IMG/VR virus record: IMGVR_UViG_3300005613_000093
Coordinates: 1 to 50,254 of that record
DNA: 50,254 bases
Direction: 5' to 3' (one strand)
From: a virus
Lineage: Duplodnaviria; Caudoviricetes
Shown here: in pieces, positions 16,432-27,100 of the stretch
How the letters are laid out: each line of letters starts with the position of its first letter
Numbering within the stretch: the stretch's first letter is position 1
Notes under the pieces: model-generated
What the model saw: the letters and a program-made list of their open reading frames with translations, nothing else
Told to the model about the DNA's origin: nothing
Database searches by the model: none
Translations under genes and position numbers: made by a program

Positions 16432-17823
16432 ATGACAGAATTAGAAAAATTATTATTAACAATACCTGAATCTGGGTATACTTTAGAACAAGCAGTTTCT
16501 GAAGCAATTCCAGGTAATTTAGTTCCTTTTGATGATACCTTTTCTTTAACTATTGACGACCCAATTGTTAAAGAAAGTAAAAGTGTGATTTTAGTAGTAT
16601 GTGCACATAACCCCTGGTTTGACCATTCTATGAGTTTAGTAGTAGACCCTGAAACTAGAAAAATAATACATGTAGTATCTAAATATGATCCAGACTGTCA
16701 ATATTTTAGGAATTCAAATGACTACTATCTATTATTTACTCCTTTAAGTGAAGAAGAAATTAATAATGAACATTTAATAGAAAATCTAAATTCAAAATTA
16801 GGAGAATTTCAAAATACAAGACATCTTAATGTTTATAAGGACTTTGCTTTAAACTTACTTAAACCTATTTTAGATGAAGTACATGGAGAGAATTATGACT
16901 TACAAATTAAAGATGGGAGTCTTCATGTACTTATAAGATATCCTTTAATCACAATAACAAATAGAGACGAAAGCTCTAGAGATATTGAAGAGCTGTATTG
17001 TGTATTGATATTTAATAGTGAGCTTAAATTAACAGACTTTCAAGGCTTCAGAGCCAAGTTTAATTTCCTAGATGTTAAAACTAAATATGCACACTCTCAT
17101 CTAAATAGTAGAGATTTAAGTAATTTGTTCAGAGTAACAAAATTTTGCACAGGTAGTACAGTTTTAACTATCCTAATAAATGACTTTAATGAAAGTTTTA
17201 ATAGCGATAGATTTGATTTATTGCTTTATCAAATAGATAACTTTGTTAGGTATGAATCCATAGAAGGTACTCCATATAGGTATTTATCAAATACTAATAA
17301 TGATAACTTAAGAGTACTAGATTCACCTTCTGTTTCACCACAAGATGTTAAAAACGAAGCTCTTAGATTTTTTGAAGATTTAGCAGTTAATTCTTCTATA
17401 TATCAGCCTATGTTTTCTACCTCTTTAAATTCAGATGGAAACTTATCTATTAAGCTTTCTGCTACTCACTCTTTAGCTAGAGCATTATCCCCCTATTCAA
17501 GAGTGCATTCTGTATATGATGAAAATTATAATGTCTTTCGTAATATAGGAGAGCAATATGATGATAGTTATAATTTACAAGAATTTAATCGCTCTCTTGA
17601 AAACACCACTTATAAAACCTTTAGAAATACCCCAATAAATTATGAAGCAGAAATTAAAAACCCAGAAAACGGAGCTACAGAAACAGAATTCTGCTCCCAA
17701 GAATTATACACATATGTCCTCAGAGAATTCCAAAACAAACTTAAACAGCAATATGAATTATTACAGGCCAAAGATTTATCTCTCCCAGAACATATTAAGC
17801 AAAATTTGGTATCTCTGTCATAA
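16432..17823 (+). CDS. Putative prokaryotic E2 (UBC-fold) conjugating enzyme, multidomain
   Basis: Central LIRYPLITI...YAHSHL (H221/H223)...FCTG (C239) followed by helices; Ubl/JAB/E1 context. Confidence 0.6.
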   Translation: MTELEKLLLTIPESGYTLEQAVSEAIPGNLVPFDDTFSLTIDDPIVKESKSVILVVCAHNPWFDHSMSLVVDPETRKIIHVVSKYDPDCQYFRNSNDYYLLFTPLSEEEINNEHLIENLNSKLGEFQNTRHLNVYKDFALNLLKPILDEVHGENYDLQIKDGSLHVLIRYPLITITNRDESSRDIEELYCVLIFNSELKLTDFQGFRAKFNFLDVKTKYAHSHLNSRDLSNLFRVTKFCTGSTVLTILINDFNESFNSDRFDLLLYQIDNFVRYESIEGTPYRYLSNTNNDNLRVLDSPSVSPQDVKNEALRFFEDLAVNSSIYQPMFSTSLNSDGNLSIKLSATHSLARALSPYSRVHSVYDENYNVFRNIGEQYDDSYNLQEFNRSLENTTYKTFRNTPINYEAEIKNPENGATETEFCSQELYTYVLREFQNKLKQQYELLQAKDLSLPEHIKQNLVSLS

Positions 17824-18922
17824 GATTAATACTGTAGAATGGTCTGGTATTGTTTTCTGTAAAACAGAAGGTCATCCAATTGAACCTGAAACTTTTAGCA
17901 TTAGAGCTATAGATATTTTGCCTATGCATAAAGGTGAACCTACATATACTGAATTTGAAATTGATGAAAGAGTAATTGATGCTTATGATAATAATCCAGA
18001 ACTAGAGGATTGTAAAATGGGTATTATTCACTCTCATGTCAATATGGGAGTATTCTTTAGTAGTACAGATTCTTCTACTTTAGATGCTTATGCTAAGCTT
18101 TCTAACTTTTGTATTTCTCTTATTGTAAACAATAAAGGTGAGATGGTAGCTAAAGTTGCCTATCCTTTGAATTCTAAAAGCAAAAGATACAGTAAGCAGT
18201 ATAAAAACTCTGAAGGTCAATGGGTATCTATTGACAATAAAGAAGAAGAATATGATAATTTACATGTAGTAGCACTAGACCTTGAGATAGTTAAAGAGAT
18301 GGAAGAGTTCTTTGTGACTATGACTGATAAAGCTATTCAGTCTAGCACTATTAGGCCTTCTACTACTTATGGTGTATATGGAAATTACAACTATGGTGAT
18401 GATTATGATTATGATACTAAAACATATAATCAATCATTTAACACATCCAATTCATCTTATGGTAAAGTATCTAGTCCTAAACTATTTGATGATAAGCCTT
18501 ACTATAAGGAGGTAGTTAATAACACTACAAACAATAAAAATGTTTATACTGCATCTGAAGTAAATAGCTTTTTATGTAAGTTGCTTTTCTTGGATGAATC
18601 TTATAAATCAATTGATTTAGATAGATGTGTTTCTAAAATGGCTGATGACCATTTCAAAAGCATAGATAAAGATATGTATGCTCATCATATGGAAGAAAAG
18701 ATTGAAGACTGTTACAAAGAAGTTTTTAACATTAAATCTACTTATCTTGACCTAAATCCTTTGGGAGATTTCTTACAAGATGCCATGGAAACATGTTTAG
18801 ATAGTATGACTAATACAGCAGATGTAAGTAACGATATCTATGAGCTTATCTATGGAGTACTTTGTGACTACTATGCAGAAGAAATAGATTTCAATAATAG
18901 TTTTCCTAAATCAAATAACTAA
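17753..18922 (+). CDS. JAB/MPN+ (JAMM) metalloprotease with long C-terminal region
   Basis: Glu in VEWSG plus exact HxH-x7-S-x2-D motif (HSHVNMGVFFSSTD); start may be 17714 or 17753 rather than 17642. Confidence 0.88.
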   Translation: MNYYRPKIYLSQNILSKIWYLCHKINTVEWSGIVFCKTEGHPIEPETFSIRAIDILPMHKGEPTYTEFEIDERVIDAYDNNPELEDCKMGIIHSHVNMGVFFSSTDSSTLDAYAKLSNFCISLIVNNKGEMVAKVAYPLNSKSKRYSKQYKNSEGQWVSIDNKEEEYDNLHVVALDLEIVKEMEEFFVTMTDKAIQSSTIRPSTTYGVYGNYNYGDDYDYDTKTYNQSFNTSNSSYGKVSSPKLFDDKPYYKEVVNNTTNNKNVYTASEVNSFLCKLLFLDESYKSIDLDRCVSKMADDHFKSIDKDMYAHHMEEKIEDCYKEVFNIKSTYLDLNPLGDFLQDAMETCLDSMTNTADVSNDIYELIYGVLCDYYAEEIDFNNSFPKSNN

Positions 18923-19608
18923 TGACAGAGAGATTTAAAGACGCTGTATGGTTGCCTAAAGCCCAGTCCCACTACATTACTGTAGGTGGGGCTGGGGGCA
19001 TAGGCTCAGTAGTAACCTTTCTTCTATCTAGGATAGAACCACAGCAAATTGCAATTTATGATGATGATACTGTTGATACTATAAATTTATCTAATCAGTT
19101 GTTTTGTAGTAGGCATGTAGGATTGCCCAAAGTATCTGCAGTATCTTCTGTTTGTTATGATTTTAGTGGTTATGCAAAAATACTTTTGCTACAAGAAAAA
19201 CTAACTTCTGCATCAACAACTAGTGAGGTTATGTTTAGCTGTTTTGATAACATGGAAGCTAGACAAACTATGTTTGACCTATTTGTAAGGGATATGGATA
19301 TGTATGCAAATCAAGGTGTAGAGCCTATTTTTATTGATGGTAGATTAACAGCAGAACAGTTTTATATTTATGTTGTTACCAGAGATAAAGTAGATAGGTA
19401 CAAAGAAACTCTCTTTCCTGATTCAGAAGCAGCAATGCTTCCTTGTGGCTTTAAAGGTACTACACATAATAGTTTTATGATTGCTAGTAAAATGGTTGCA
19501 GCATATACTAATTTTTGTGCTAATCTTGTCACTGAAGAACCTATGAGAGAGGTGCCTTTTTGCATTGAAAATGATATCTTTACTATGACAGAAATAATAA
19601 CACTTTAA
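18922..19608 (+). CDS. ThiF/MoeB/E1-like adenylating enzyme
   Basis: GAGGIGS, YDDDTVDTINLSNQ, GLPKV, CFDNMEAR, IDGR; candidate catalytic Cys175 (LPCG); no Zn CxxC pairs. Confidence 0.92.
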   Translation: MTERFKDAVWLPKAQSHYITVGGAGGIGSVVTFLLSRIEPQQIAIYDDDTVDTINLSNQLFCSRHVGLPKVSAVSSVCYDFSGYAKILLLQEKLTSASTTSEVMFSCFDNMEARQTMFDLFVRDMDMYANQGVEPIFIDGRLTAEQFYIYVVTRDKVDRYKETLFPDSEAAMLPCGFKGTTHNSFMIASKMVAAYTNFCANLVTEEPMREVPFCIENDIFTMTEIITL

Positions 19609-19612
19609 AGAT

Positions 19613-20515
19613 ATGATAAACTTTGGAAACCAAATAAGAAGAATTAATATTAGATTAAAACCAACATCTGTTAAGATTAAATATGATGGTGAATATTGTA
19701 TTTATTCTTCTTCACAAGCTAGTAGAGTAGTAGATAATTGTTTTTTTATGCACAATCTAGCTAGGTCTACTCCATATTTTAGAAAAAGCCTTATAACTGA
19801 AGTAGGAGCTATAAAATACCGTAATTTACTAAGTTTTAATGACATATCTAGGAATATAGAAACCAGAGAAGCTCTAAATTCTAATCAAATCTCAGAAATT
19901 GAAAAGAACTTTCTAGGGGATATAAATAGATTTTTAGAAGTTACAAATGATTTTCATATTATAGATTGTCACTATAGTACTCCATTATCTGAATTTTCAG
20001 CAGAATTGTTTAGTGATATTAGAGCAAGACGTATAAGGAATAGAGCTGGTAATTATTTATTTGGTGGTGGTTTGTTTGGAGTTTATGAGAATAATAGATT
20101 AACTATACTAGCAGCATTAGTTATTAAAACAGAAGCAGTACAACTACCTAGACTAGTAGCATTACATAATTTTGCAGATATTGAAAACCCACATTCTCTA
20201 GAAAATGTAGATGACTTGTTTAAGATATATGTTCAAGCAGGTTTTGACTATAAAGATACTGAGTATAAAAACTTAAGAAAAGTTTATAGGAAACATCTAT
20301 TACCTTTTGCAGCAGAGAATAATATCAAAATAGAAACAGTTCCTGACTTAAATCAATTACTAACAATTCAGGTAGGAGTTCCTGTATATAGTAATAGATT
20401 TGAAAAGGCAGAAAAAGAAGCTATAGTTATTAAAAATGCAATTAATGCTTATTTAGCTGAGAATAGAGAAGAGCTGTTTATTCTAGAAGATGCTGTAGAA
20501 CACACACTATGGTAA
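19613..20515 (+). CDS. Hypothetical protein, 300 aa, directly downstream of E1
   Basis: ORF starting 4 nt after the E1 stop. Confidence 0.7.
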   Translation: MINFGNQIRRINIRLKPTSVKIKYDGEYCIYSSSQASRVVDNCFFMHNLARSTPYFRKSLITEVGAIKYRNLLSFNDISRNIETREALNSNQISEIEKNFLGDINRFLEVTNDFHIIDCHYSTPLSEFSAELFSDIRARRIRNRAGNYLFGGGLFGVYENNRLTILAALVIKTEAVQLPRLVALHNFADIENPHSLENVDDLFKIYVQAGFDYKDTEYKNLRKVYRKHLLPFAAENNIKIETVPDLNQLLTIQVGVPVYSNRFEKAEKEAIVIKNAINAYLAENREELFILEDAVEHTLW

Positions 20516-20940
20516 TGATTTATTTTATTCCTGGAAATGTACCCTCCTTGAAGAATTCCAAAGTGAAAACTTCAAGGGGGATATTTCCTTCTAAAACAGT
20601 TACTAAGTACTTACAAAACTTAGGAGTTAAATCTTATTCAGTTAGAGATAAGAGAGTAGATGAATATAAAACAAAGCCTAATCTATTTAGGCAACACCTA
20701 GAGTCATTTCCCACTACTCTTAATTATCCTATAGAATTAGGATTTCATTTTGTACGAAAGACTAAAGCTAACTTTGATTTTAATAATGCTACCCAGATTA
20801 TACAGGATTTAATGGTAGCACATAATTTTATTGAAGATGACAGCATGAAGTTTTTCATTCCTTATGCATACAAGATAGATGATAATTACTATTCTGTAGA
20901 TAAGGAAAACCCAGGTGTTTATTTAAAACTAGAAATTTAG
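20509..20940 (+). CDS. RusA-like Holliday junction resolvase
   Basis: IPGNVPSLKNS, FDFNNATQIIQDLM...IEDDS. Confidence 0.7.
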   Translation: MVMIYFIPGNVPSLKNSKVKTSRGIFPSKTVTKYLQNLGVKSYSVRDKRVDEYKTKPNLFRQHLESFPTTLNYPIELGFHFVRKTKANFDFNNATQIIQDLMVAHNFIEDDSMKFFIPYAYKIDDNYYSVDKENPGVYLKLEI

Positions 20941-20941
20941 T

Positions 20942-21127
20942 ATGAGTGATGTAGTAAAATCTCCAGATTTATCAAAGATGGTTGGAGTAATCGTAGATGA
21001 AAGGACTACTATTTATTTTAAAATAGGAACTCCTGTAGAACAAATCAAAAAAAAAGTAGAGCTTTATAAAAAAGCTTTAGAAAAATCAACAAATAATATA
21101 GTAGTAACACATGATGAAAACTTATAA
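20942..21127 (+). CDS. Hypothetical protein, 61 aa
   Basis: Tightly packed ORF. Confidence 0.65.
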   Translation: MSDVVKSPDLSKMVGVIVDERTTIYFKIGTPVEQIKKKVELYKKALEKSTNNIVVTHDENL

Positions 21128-22154
21128 CCTACCAACTCTAAGCTTTAGTAGACTAGCTCTTTTTGATAGGAGTCCTTATCAATACCATAAAAAATACATC
21201 TTAGGAGAAGAGGTTGAAAAGGACACTACTGTATTAGATATTGGTTCTGCTGTAGATTGCTTAATCACTCAGCCTGATGACTTTCATAATCTTTTTGTAG
21301 TTAGCACTGTTAAAGAGCCTACTGCTATGATGAGAGATTATGTAAAATACTTGTTTAAGTATTATATTTTCTTCTCTCAAGAATATCCTATGCCTGACTT
21401 AGAAGGTATTGATATTGTGGGAATGGCTGAAGAAAAAGCATATCATGAAGCAGGATTTAAAATATCAAAAGATGCAGTAAAAGAAAGATTTTCTAAAGAA
21501 GGTGCAGAGTATTTTAACTTTTTAATAAAGTCTCAAGGTAAAATGACAATTAGCTTTGAGAACTTTACTAAAGCCCAGCAAGCTGCTAATATCCTTAAAA
21601 CTAATAAGTTCACTGCTAAATACCTATCAGAAACTCTTGCAGGAAATAAAGAAAGATTCTATCAACTAGAAGATGAATTTACTTTTGATGGTGTTTCTTA
21701 CAGGTCTAAGCTAGATTGTGTTATTGTTGACCATGATGAGAAAACAATTCAACCACTAGATATTAAGACTACAGGAGATTCTCCATATGCTTTTGTTAAA
21801 TCTATGCATAGATATAGATATGACTTGCAAGCTGTAATATATAGTCACTATATATCTACTAAATTTATTGTAGATAAAAACTTAACAGGTTATACCATAT
21901 TACCATTTAAGTTTATTGTGATTAATGTAGAGTATCCTAATAATCCTTTGATATTTAAATTTAGTAATGAAGATTTTATGGCTGCAAAGCTAGGTCTTAA
22001 AGCTGGATATAATATTCGTGGAATATGGGATATCATGGATGATTTAGAGTGGCATATTAGTAATGACCTTTGGGAATACAAAAGGAATGTATATGAAGCT
22101 GATGGAGAAATAACAACTAATATGTATGATAAAAATAAAGTCTCAGAAGAATAA
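21111..22154 (+). CDS. PD-(D/E)XK exonuclease (RecE/ExoVIII-like)
   Basis: LSFSRL, GSAVDCL, SKLDCV...LDIKTT, YDLQAVIY. Confidence 0.85.
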   Translation: MMKTYNLPTLSFSRLALFDRSPYQYHKKYILGEEVEKDTTVLDIGSAVDCLITQPDDFHNLFVVSTVKEPTAMMRDYVKYLFKYYIFFSQEYPMPDLEGIDIVGMAEEKAYHEAGFKISKDAVKERFSKEGAEYFNFLIKSQGKMTISFENFTKAQQAANILKTNKFTAKYLSETLAGNKERFYQLEDEFTFDGVSYRSKLDCVIVDHDEKTIQPLDIKTTGDSPYAFVKSMHRYRYDLQAVIYSHYISTKFIVDKNLTGYTILPFKFIVINVEYPNNPLIFKFSNEDFMAAKLGLKAGYNIRGIWDIMDDLEWHISNDLWEYKRNVYEADGEITTNMYDKNKVSEE

Positions 22155-22761
22155 GGCTTCTTTTTTAATTCTGCCTATGCTAGGACCAGACCAGTCATAT
22201 TTTGATTGGTCTGGATTCCTAGTTAATTGCTATGTTCAGGATTCAAATTATCCAGAGTATAATAATCATATAGTTTTATTACTAAAATATCCAGAGTATC
22301 TTAACAGTAATAATCTAAGCAAGATTATTGAAATGGAAAATAAGCTTCATGCAGACTTAGGTCATCTACTTGTAAAAAGGTATGAGCCAGATACACATCA
22401 TTCAGTATTTATATACAATGTTCCTAAGGAATACCAAGATGATTATGACTGGTTTATGTATAGTAGATATTCTAAGATGTCTAAGCAATACAAAGAGAAA
22501 GTTATTAAGTTTCATGAAGATACTAGCTTAGTAGGAATTACAGGTGTACTTCACAGAAATAAATCTATGCTAATGAATGTTCACAAGAACTTAGGTTGCA
22601 TGGCTGAGAAATGTAAGTGCAACTTTATGAACTATCTTAAATGTAATAACTTTAGTCCTTACACTTTTGACTTTAATAAAGCAGAGGTATGGGGTGCTAT
22701 AGACAATAGTGAATTCTTAGACATAGATATACAGGATTATAAAAACATAAAAGTAGAATGA
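22126..22761 (+). CDS. Hypothetical phage protein, 211 aa
   Basis: ORF with Cys cluster CMAEKCKC...C. Confidence 0.7.
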   Translation: MIKIKSQKNKASFLILPMLGPDQSYFDWSGFLVNCYVQDSNYPEYNNHIVLLLKYPEYLNSNNLSKIIEMENKLHADLGHLLVKRYEPDTHHSVFIYNVPKEYQDDYDWFMYSRYSKMSKQYKEKVIKFHEDTSLVGITGVLHRNKSMLMNVHKNLGCMAEKCKCNFMNYLKCNNFSPYTFDFNKAEVWGAIDNSEFLDIDIQDYKNIKVE

Positions 22762-23408
22762 AGCCTACAACAATTACACAATTAGGTGATTGGTATCAGG
22801 AGTTCCCTAAGTTTTGGGAATCTCCTGGTGTCAATGACATTATTAAGTATATTTCCAAAGAATATCAACTCCATAAAGTATACCCAGAACCTAGTAATAT
22901 ATTCAGAGCTTTTGAGCTTTGTCAATACAAAGATTTAAAAGCAGTGATTATAGGCATGGACCCATATAATAATGGTAATGCAACAGGACTAGCTTTTGGT
23001 GTTAATACTATATCCATTAATCCTAGCTTGGTTAAAATAAAACAAGCAATAGAAAGAGAGGTATATAATAATTTACTTTTAGAGTTTGATTATTCTTTAG
23101 AATACCTAGCAAAACAGGGAGTATTACTATTAAATAGTGCACTTACTGTAAGACATGGACTAGCAGGTTCTCATAGTAAGATATGGGCTGACTTTACTAA
23201 GTCATTACTTATACAAATTTCTGTACATCGTGAAGATGTTTTATGGTTTTTGTGGGGCAATGATGCTAAACAATTTAAGCAGTATATTTATCCTTCACCA
23301 GAAACTCTTATCTTTGAAGCAGAACACCCAGCTTATGCAGCTAGACAAGGTAGGCCATGGAGTTCAAACAATCAATTTATTAACACAAATCACATAATCA
23401 AATGGTAA
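22758..23408 (+). CDS. ung: Uracil-DNA glycosylase (family 1)
   Basis: IIGMDPY, ATGLAFG, QGVLLLNSALTV, LWG, EHPA. Confidence 0.93.
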   Translation: MKPTTITQLGDWYQEFPKFWESPGVNDIIKYISKEYQLHKVYPEPSNIFRAFELCQYKDLKAVIIGMDPYNNGNATGLAFGVNTISINPSLVKIKQAIEREVYNNLLLEFDYSLEYLAKQGVLLLNSALTVRHGLAGSHSKIWADFTKSLLIQISVHREDVLWFLWGNDAKQFKQYIYPSPETLIFEAEHPAYAARQGRPWSSNNQFINTNHIIKW

Positions 23409-23932
23409 CATCACCACAAACAATTATTGAGTGGCTTAATCTACTCCCAATGCCCTATAAAACTCAAGCTATTAGTCACACTAATCCTAGTAGCTATCAA
23501 GCTAAAGCCAATAATATGCTATCAGCTTTAGGTTCAGCTTTTAATTGGAGCTATACTATAGAAGGATTTGAATACTGGGCAGCAATAGCTAGAAGCTATA
23601 ATGATAATAATAATATTAGTTTTGAAGAATTGTCTAACTTAGTTAGGAACTGGGGAGCAGAAAAAGGTATTAACAATGCTGCTAATCAGTTTATGAAAAC
23701 TGTTGAAGAGCTAGGAGAATTAGGTAGAGCTATTCTTACTAATGATATAGATGAAGAAAGAGATGCCTTTGGTGATGTCCTAGTATGTCTTATCATTCTA
23801 GCTAATATTAGGAATCAAAACCTAGTATCATGTCTAGATGAAGCATATAATGTAATCAAAGACAGAAAAGGTAAAACTACCGAGTCAGGAACATTTATTA
23901 AATCTGAAGACAATGTTAGCGAAAAAATCTAG
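23402..23932 (+). CDS. MazG-like NTP pyrophosphohydrolase fused to an N-terminal Trp-rich domain
   Basis: KTVEELGEL...DAFGDVLV...AYNVIKDRKG in the C-terminal half. Confidence 0.85.
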   Translation: MVTSPQTIIEWLNLLPMPYKTQAISHTNPSSYQAKANNMLSALGSAFNWSYTIEGFEYWAAIARSYNDNNNISFEELSNLVRNWGAEKGINNAANQFMKTVEELGELGRAILTNDIDEERDAFGDVLVCLIILANIRNQNLVSCLDEAYNVIKDRKGKTTESGTFIKSEDNVSEKI

Positions 23933-24107
23933 TCCTATAGTTGATATAGAAATAAAAGATTCCTTTGGAGTAGTTCAATTTTGCAATGTAAGTACAAGAC
24001 AATTAGCTGTACTATACAAGATGCATAAAGTACAAGAGCTTGTTAAAGAGTTTCCTAATGATGCTGACTTAGGAAGAGAAATAAGAAAGTTAATAGTAGG
24101 GCAGTAA
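23913..24107 (+). CDS. Hypothetical protein, 64 aa (PNDADLGREIRK)
   Basis: Last ORF of the + strand block. Confidence 0.65.
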   Translation: MLAKKSSPIVDIEIKDSFGVVQFCNVSTRQLAVLYKMHKVQELVKEFPNDADLGREIRKLIVGQ

Positions 24108-24117
24108 TGCCCTACTA
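24094..24117. terminator. Hairpin at the convergence of the two transcription blocks
   Basis: TAGTAGGGCA-GTAA-TGCCCTACTA perfect 10-bp stem containing both stop codons. Confidence 0.75.
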
Positions 24118-27100
24118 AAACTTCACTTCCATAGCTTTAATTACTTCTTCAGGAGTAAATATATTTTTATTTAAACCAAAGAGCTTAAGCAGTCTAGCTA
24201 CTATTTTATAGTCACCTTTTTCCCAAGCTCCAGTTCTTTTTTCATAAGTTTCAAATGGGTCAAATAATTGCCCTGTTAATCTAAGAACTTTTTCTATTAC
24301 ACTCTGAGAAGCCATTGGGTTTTTAATAACCTTATAGTTAGCAATTGGATTAATAAAACCATTCAATTCTTGATTTAACCTCATACTAAATAGTAAAGGA
24401 TAAGCTAACAATTTCTTATCATCATCATCACCACCTTCATACAATGATCCTAGTATCATAACTATTAAACCAGTAGTCAGCATCATACCCATATCTCTAG
24501 AAGCTCTTAATAGATTCTTTTTCTCCAAAGGAGTTAGGTTATCACTAGAACTAAATGGAGATAACTCTTTTAACATATCCATAGTTTGAGTCCTAGCAAG
24601 TCTAACGAATGTATTAAAGTAACCTTCAGTTACATTACCTAACTCTTGGTCTATACCAAAGGCTTTGAATCTTCTCTTTAGACCTGGGACAAAAAATTTC
24701 CTGTACATTAAAAATAGTCTTCCATACCAATATCTCTCTGCTACTACTTTGTCAAAGTTATTATAGACACCATGCAATCTTTTATTAATAGCATGTAAAC
24801 TATTTTGTATGTCTATATCTATCATCTTATTATCAGATAGGTTACCTTCTAGTTGTACACCATCTTTTAACTTAATAATACCATCCTTGCCTAGCTCATA
24901 AGCATCATATAAAGAGATTTCTTCTGTTTTACCATTTACAGTTCTCTTCACTTTGTTTCTCTTAAGCATAGCTAATAAAGTCTGAACTTGTATAGCATGC
25001 TCACCTTGGTTTTGTAAAAAGAACCAAGTATCTGTAGACCATAGCTTTTTGAATGTAGATTGTGAAACCTTCCTTCCATACTTATCTAAGTATTCTCCTT
25101 GCATAGGGTTCCACAAATCAATAAGCTGACCAATAAAAGATTTATTTACAGGTTCAGTAAAGTCTTTTACATAGTTACCTACATTTATATCATATGTTAG
25201 TTTAGCCCATGCAATTTCAGCAGTATTAAAATAATCTCCAGCAGCTGCTTCAATACCTACTTGGGCATTAGCTTGCAAGTAGTTAGCTGCAGAACCTATA
25301 GGATTACCACCAATCTGAGTAAAAGAGCCAAATGCCATTAAGTTATTAGCTACTTTATTTAAATCTATAGTCTTTCCAAATGCTCCTACTTTAGCTTCAA
25401 TCATATTTATACCGTATATCTGCATATCAATAAATGCAGATAACAAAGCTGCTATATTATTTCCATCATTCTTTTTTACATACTGCTCCCAGTTAGTAAT
25501 ACCTGCTTTTTTAGCAGCTTCACTAATTATTCTTCCACCTAGTACATCAGTTTTAAGAGGTGGAGCTTCTTTTACAGATTGCAATGCTGCTTCTCCTAGT
25601 GATGCTGCTTCATTAGATGCTTGGAATTTAAGAGAAGCTTGGTCAAATAATAATATAGAAGATATTAAATCTAATGATACATCATCAGCTGGCATGCTAT
25701 TAGTGTATAGAACAGGAATTACTTTCATCCCTTCTACTTTTTCTCCAAACTGTTGAATATCTCTTTCAGTGAACTTAACTAAGTTTCTCCAAGAATCTCT
25801 TACATAATTAATAGCACCATTCTCTACTAGTCTATCAATAGATGTCTTAGCTATAGAAGGAAGAATATATCCTCTTCTAGTTCCTTCTGGAGTTCTTTGC
25901 TGTGCTTTAAAATAAGTACTAATTAGATAGTCATAATAAGACTTTTGAGCAGGATTACTTTGTATTGAATTATACCTAGGGTCACCATATTTTGATTTAG
26001 ATGGTACAGAAAAATCTCTAGAGTAGTACATTTTACCATTAATCTCTACTTGATTATTCTTTAACCAGTATTCAAATTCTTTTTCAGTAATTATTTTTCT
26101 ATCTACCAGCTCCTTCTTTTCTTCAATTAAAGTTTTTCTACCTTTTTGTATTACTACTTTTTCTCCAGTTTTAGGATTAGTAATTACTTTGTCTTCAAAT
26201 GGTAGAGCTTGTGTATTTTGAGCATACCAACTTTCAATAAACTTATTTTTAGCACCAGGGTCAGTAATATTACCAGCCTGTTCCCACATTTTTGATTCTT
26301 CTAAGTTGTAGGCAGCCATATCTATTTCTTGGATAAAAGCCATCTTATCTACCATTGATTTACTACCATGGTCATATACTTTAACTCTAGTGTAAAATGG
26401 TTTATTAAAGGCTGCTACATTATCCTTTGATGCTGTTGATTTAGAAGCATACTCTTTGAAAACTAGTGATGCTTGATTAGCAGTTCTTAAACTTATTTGT
26501 CTAGCATTTTCAAAAGCTTTCTTTAATGTCTTAGCAAATAATGCTACAATAGGATTATTACTAGATATAGCAGGAGTTAAAAGATAATCTACAAAAGGTA
26601 TATCTCTATTAGAACCATTTTCTAAAGCATGTAGCAGTGTATCAAAAGTTACACCTTCTTCTCCTATATCTCTTTTTAGTTCATTAACTCTTTTCTCTCT
26701 AGCTTTGTATGCAGCACTTTCAGGATTAAGCCTAGCCATTATAGCTTCATTCTCTTTAAGTTCCTTAAGATATGCTGTATTAGCTTTAGCAGATATAGAT
26801 TTAGTTAACTCACCAGCAATTACAGAATTAATATTCTCCTTGTAGAGTAAGTCAATTCTATTGAATGCTCTAATGATTTTATCACACATATCCAATGGAG
26901 AGCCAGGTTTAGAATCTACAGAACCAATTTCTCCAGATATAAAGCCTTGGATTTCTGCTATTATAGGTCTAAACATTTCAATAGTTTCCTTACTGGTCAT
27001 CATCTTTGTAATGATTTCAGAAGGGTCTGTTATTTTACCATCATTGATATCCTGTATAAATCTACTAAGCTGTTGAACAGCTCCAGGATATTTTGTAGTA

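Noticed and set aside
18922-19608. ThiF/MoeB as a thiamine or molybdopterin biosynthesis auxiliary gene
   Set aside because: No ThiS/ThiG/MoaE or sulfurtransferase genes in the window, no Zn CxxC motifs, and the neighbours are JAB, E2-like and Ubl-like genes.
4849-22081. Short minus-strand ORFs (4849, 6063, 7727, 8375, 15485, 19368, 21890)
   Set aside because: Antisense shadows of well-supported + strand genes, with no motifs.
21111-22154. Cas4 / CRISPR-associated nuclease
   Set aside because: Lacks the four-Cys Fe-S pattern and any CRISPR context; fits a phage recombination exonuclease.
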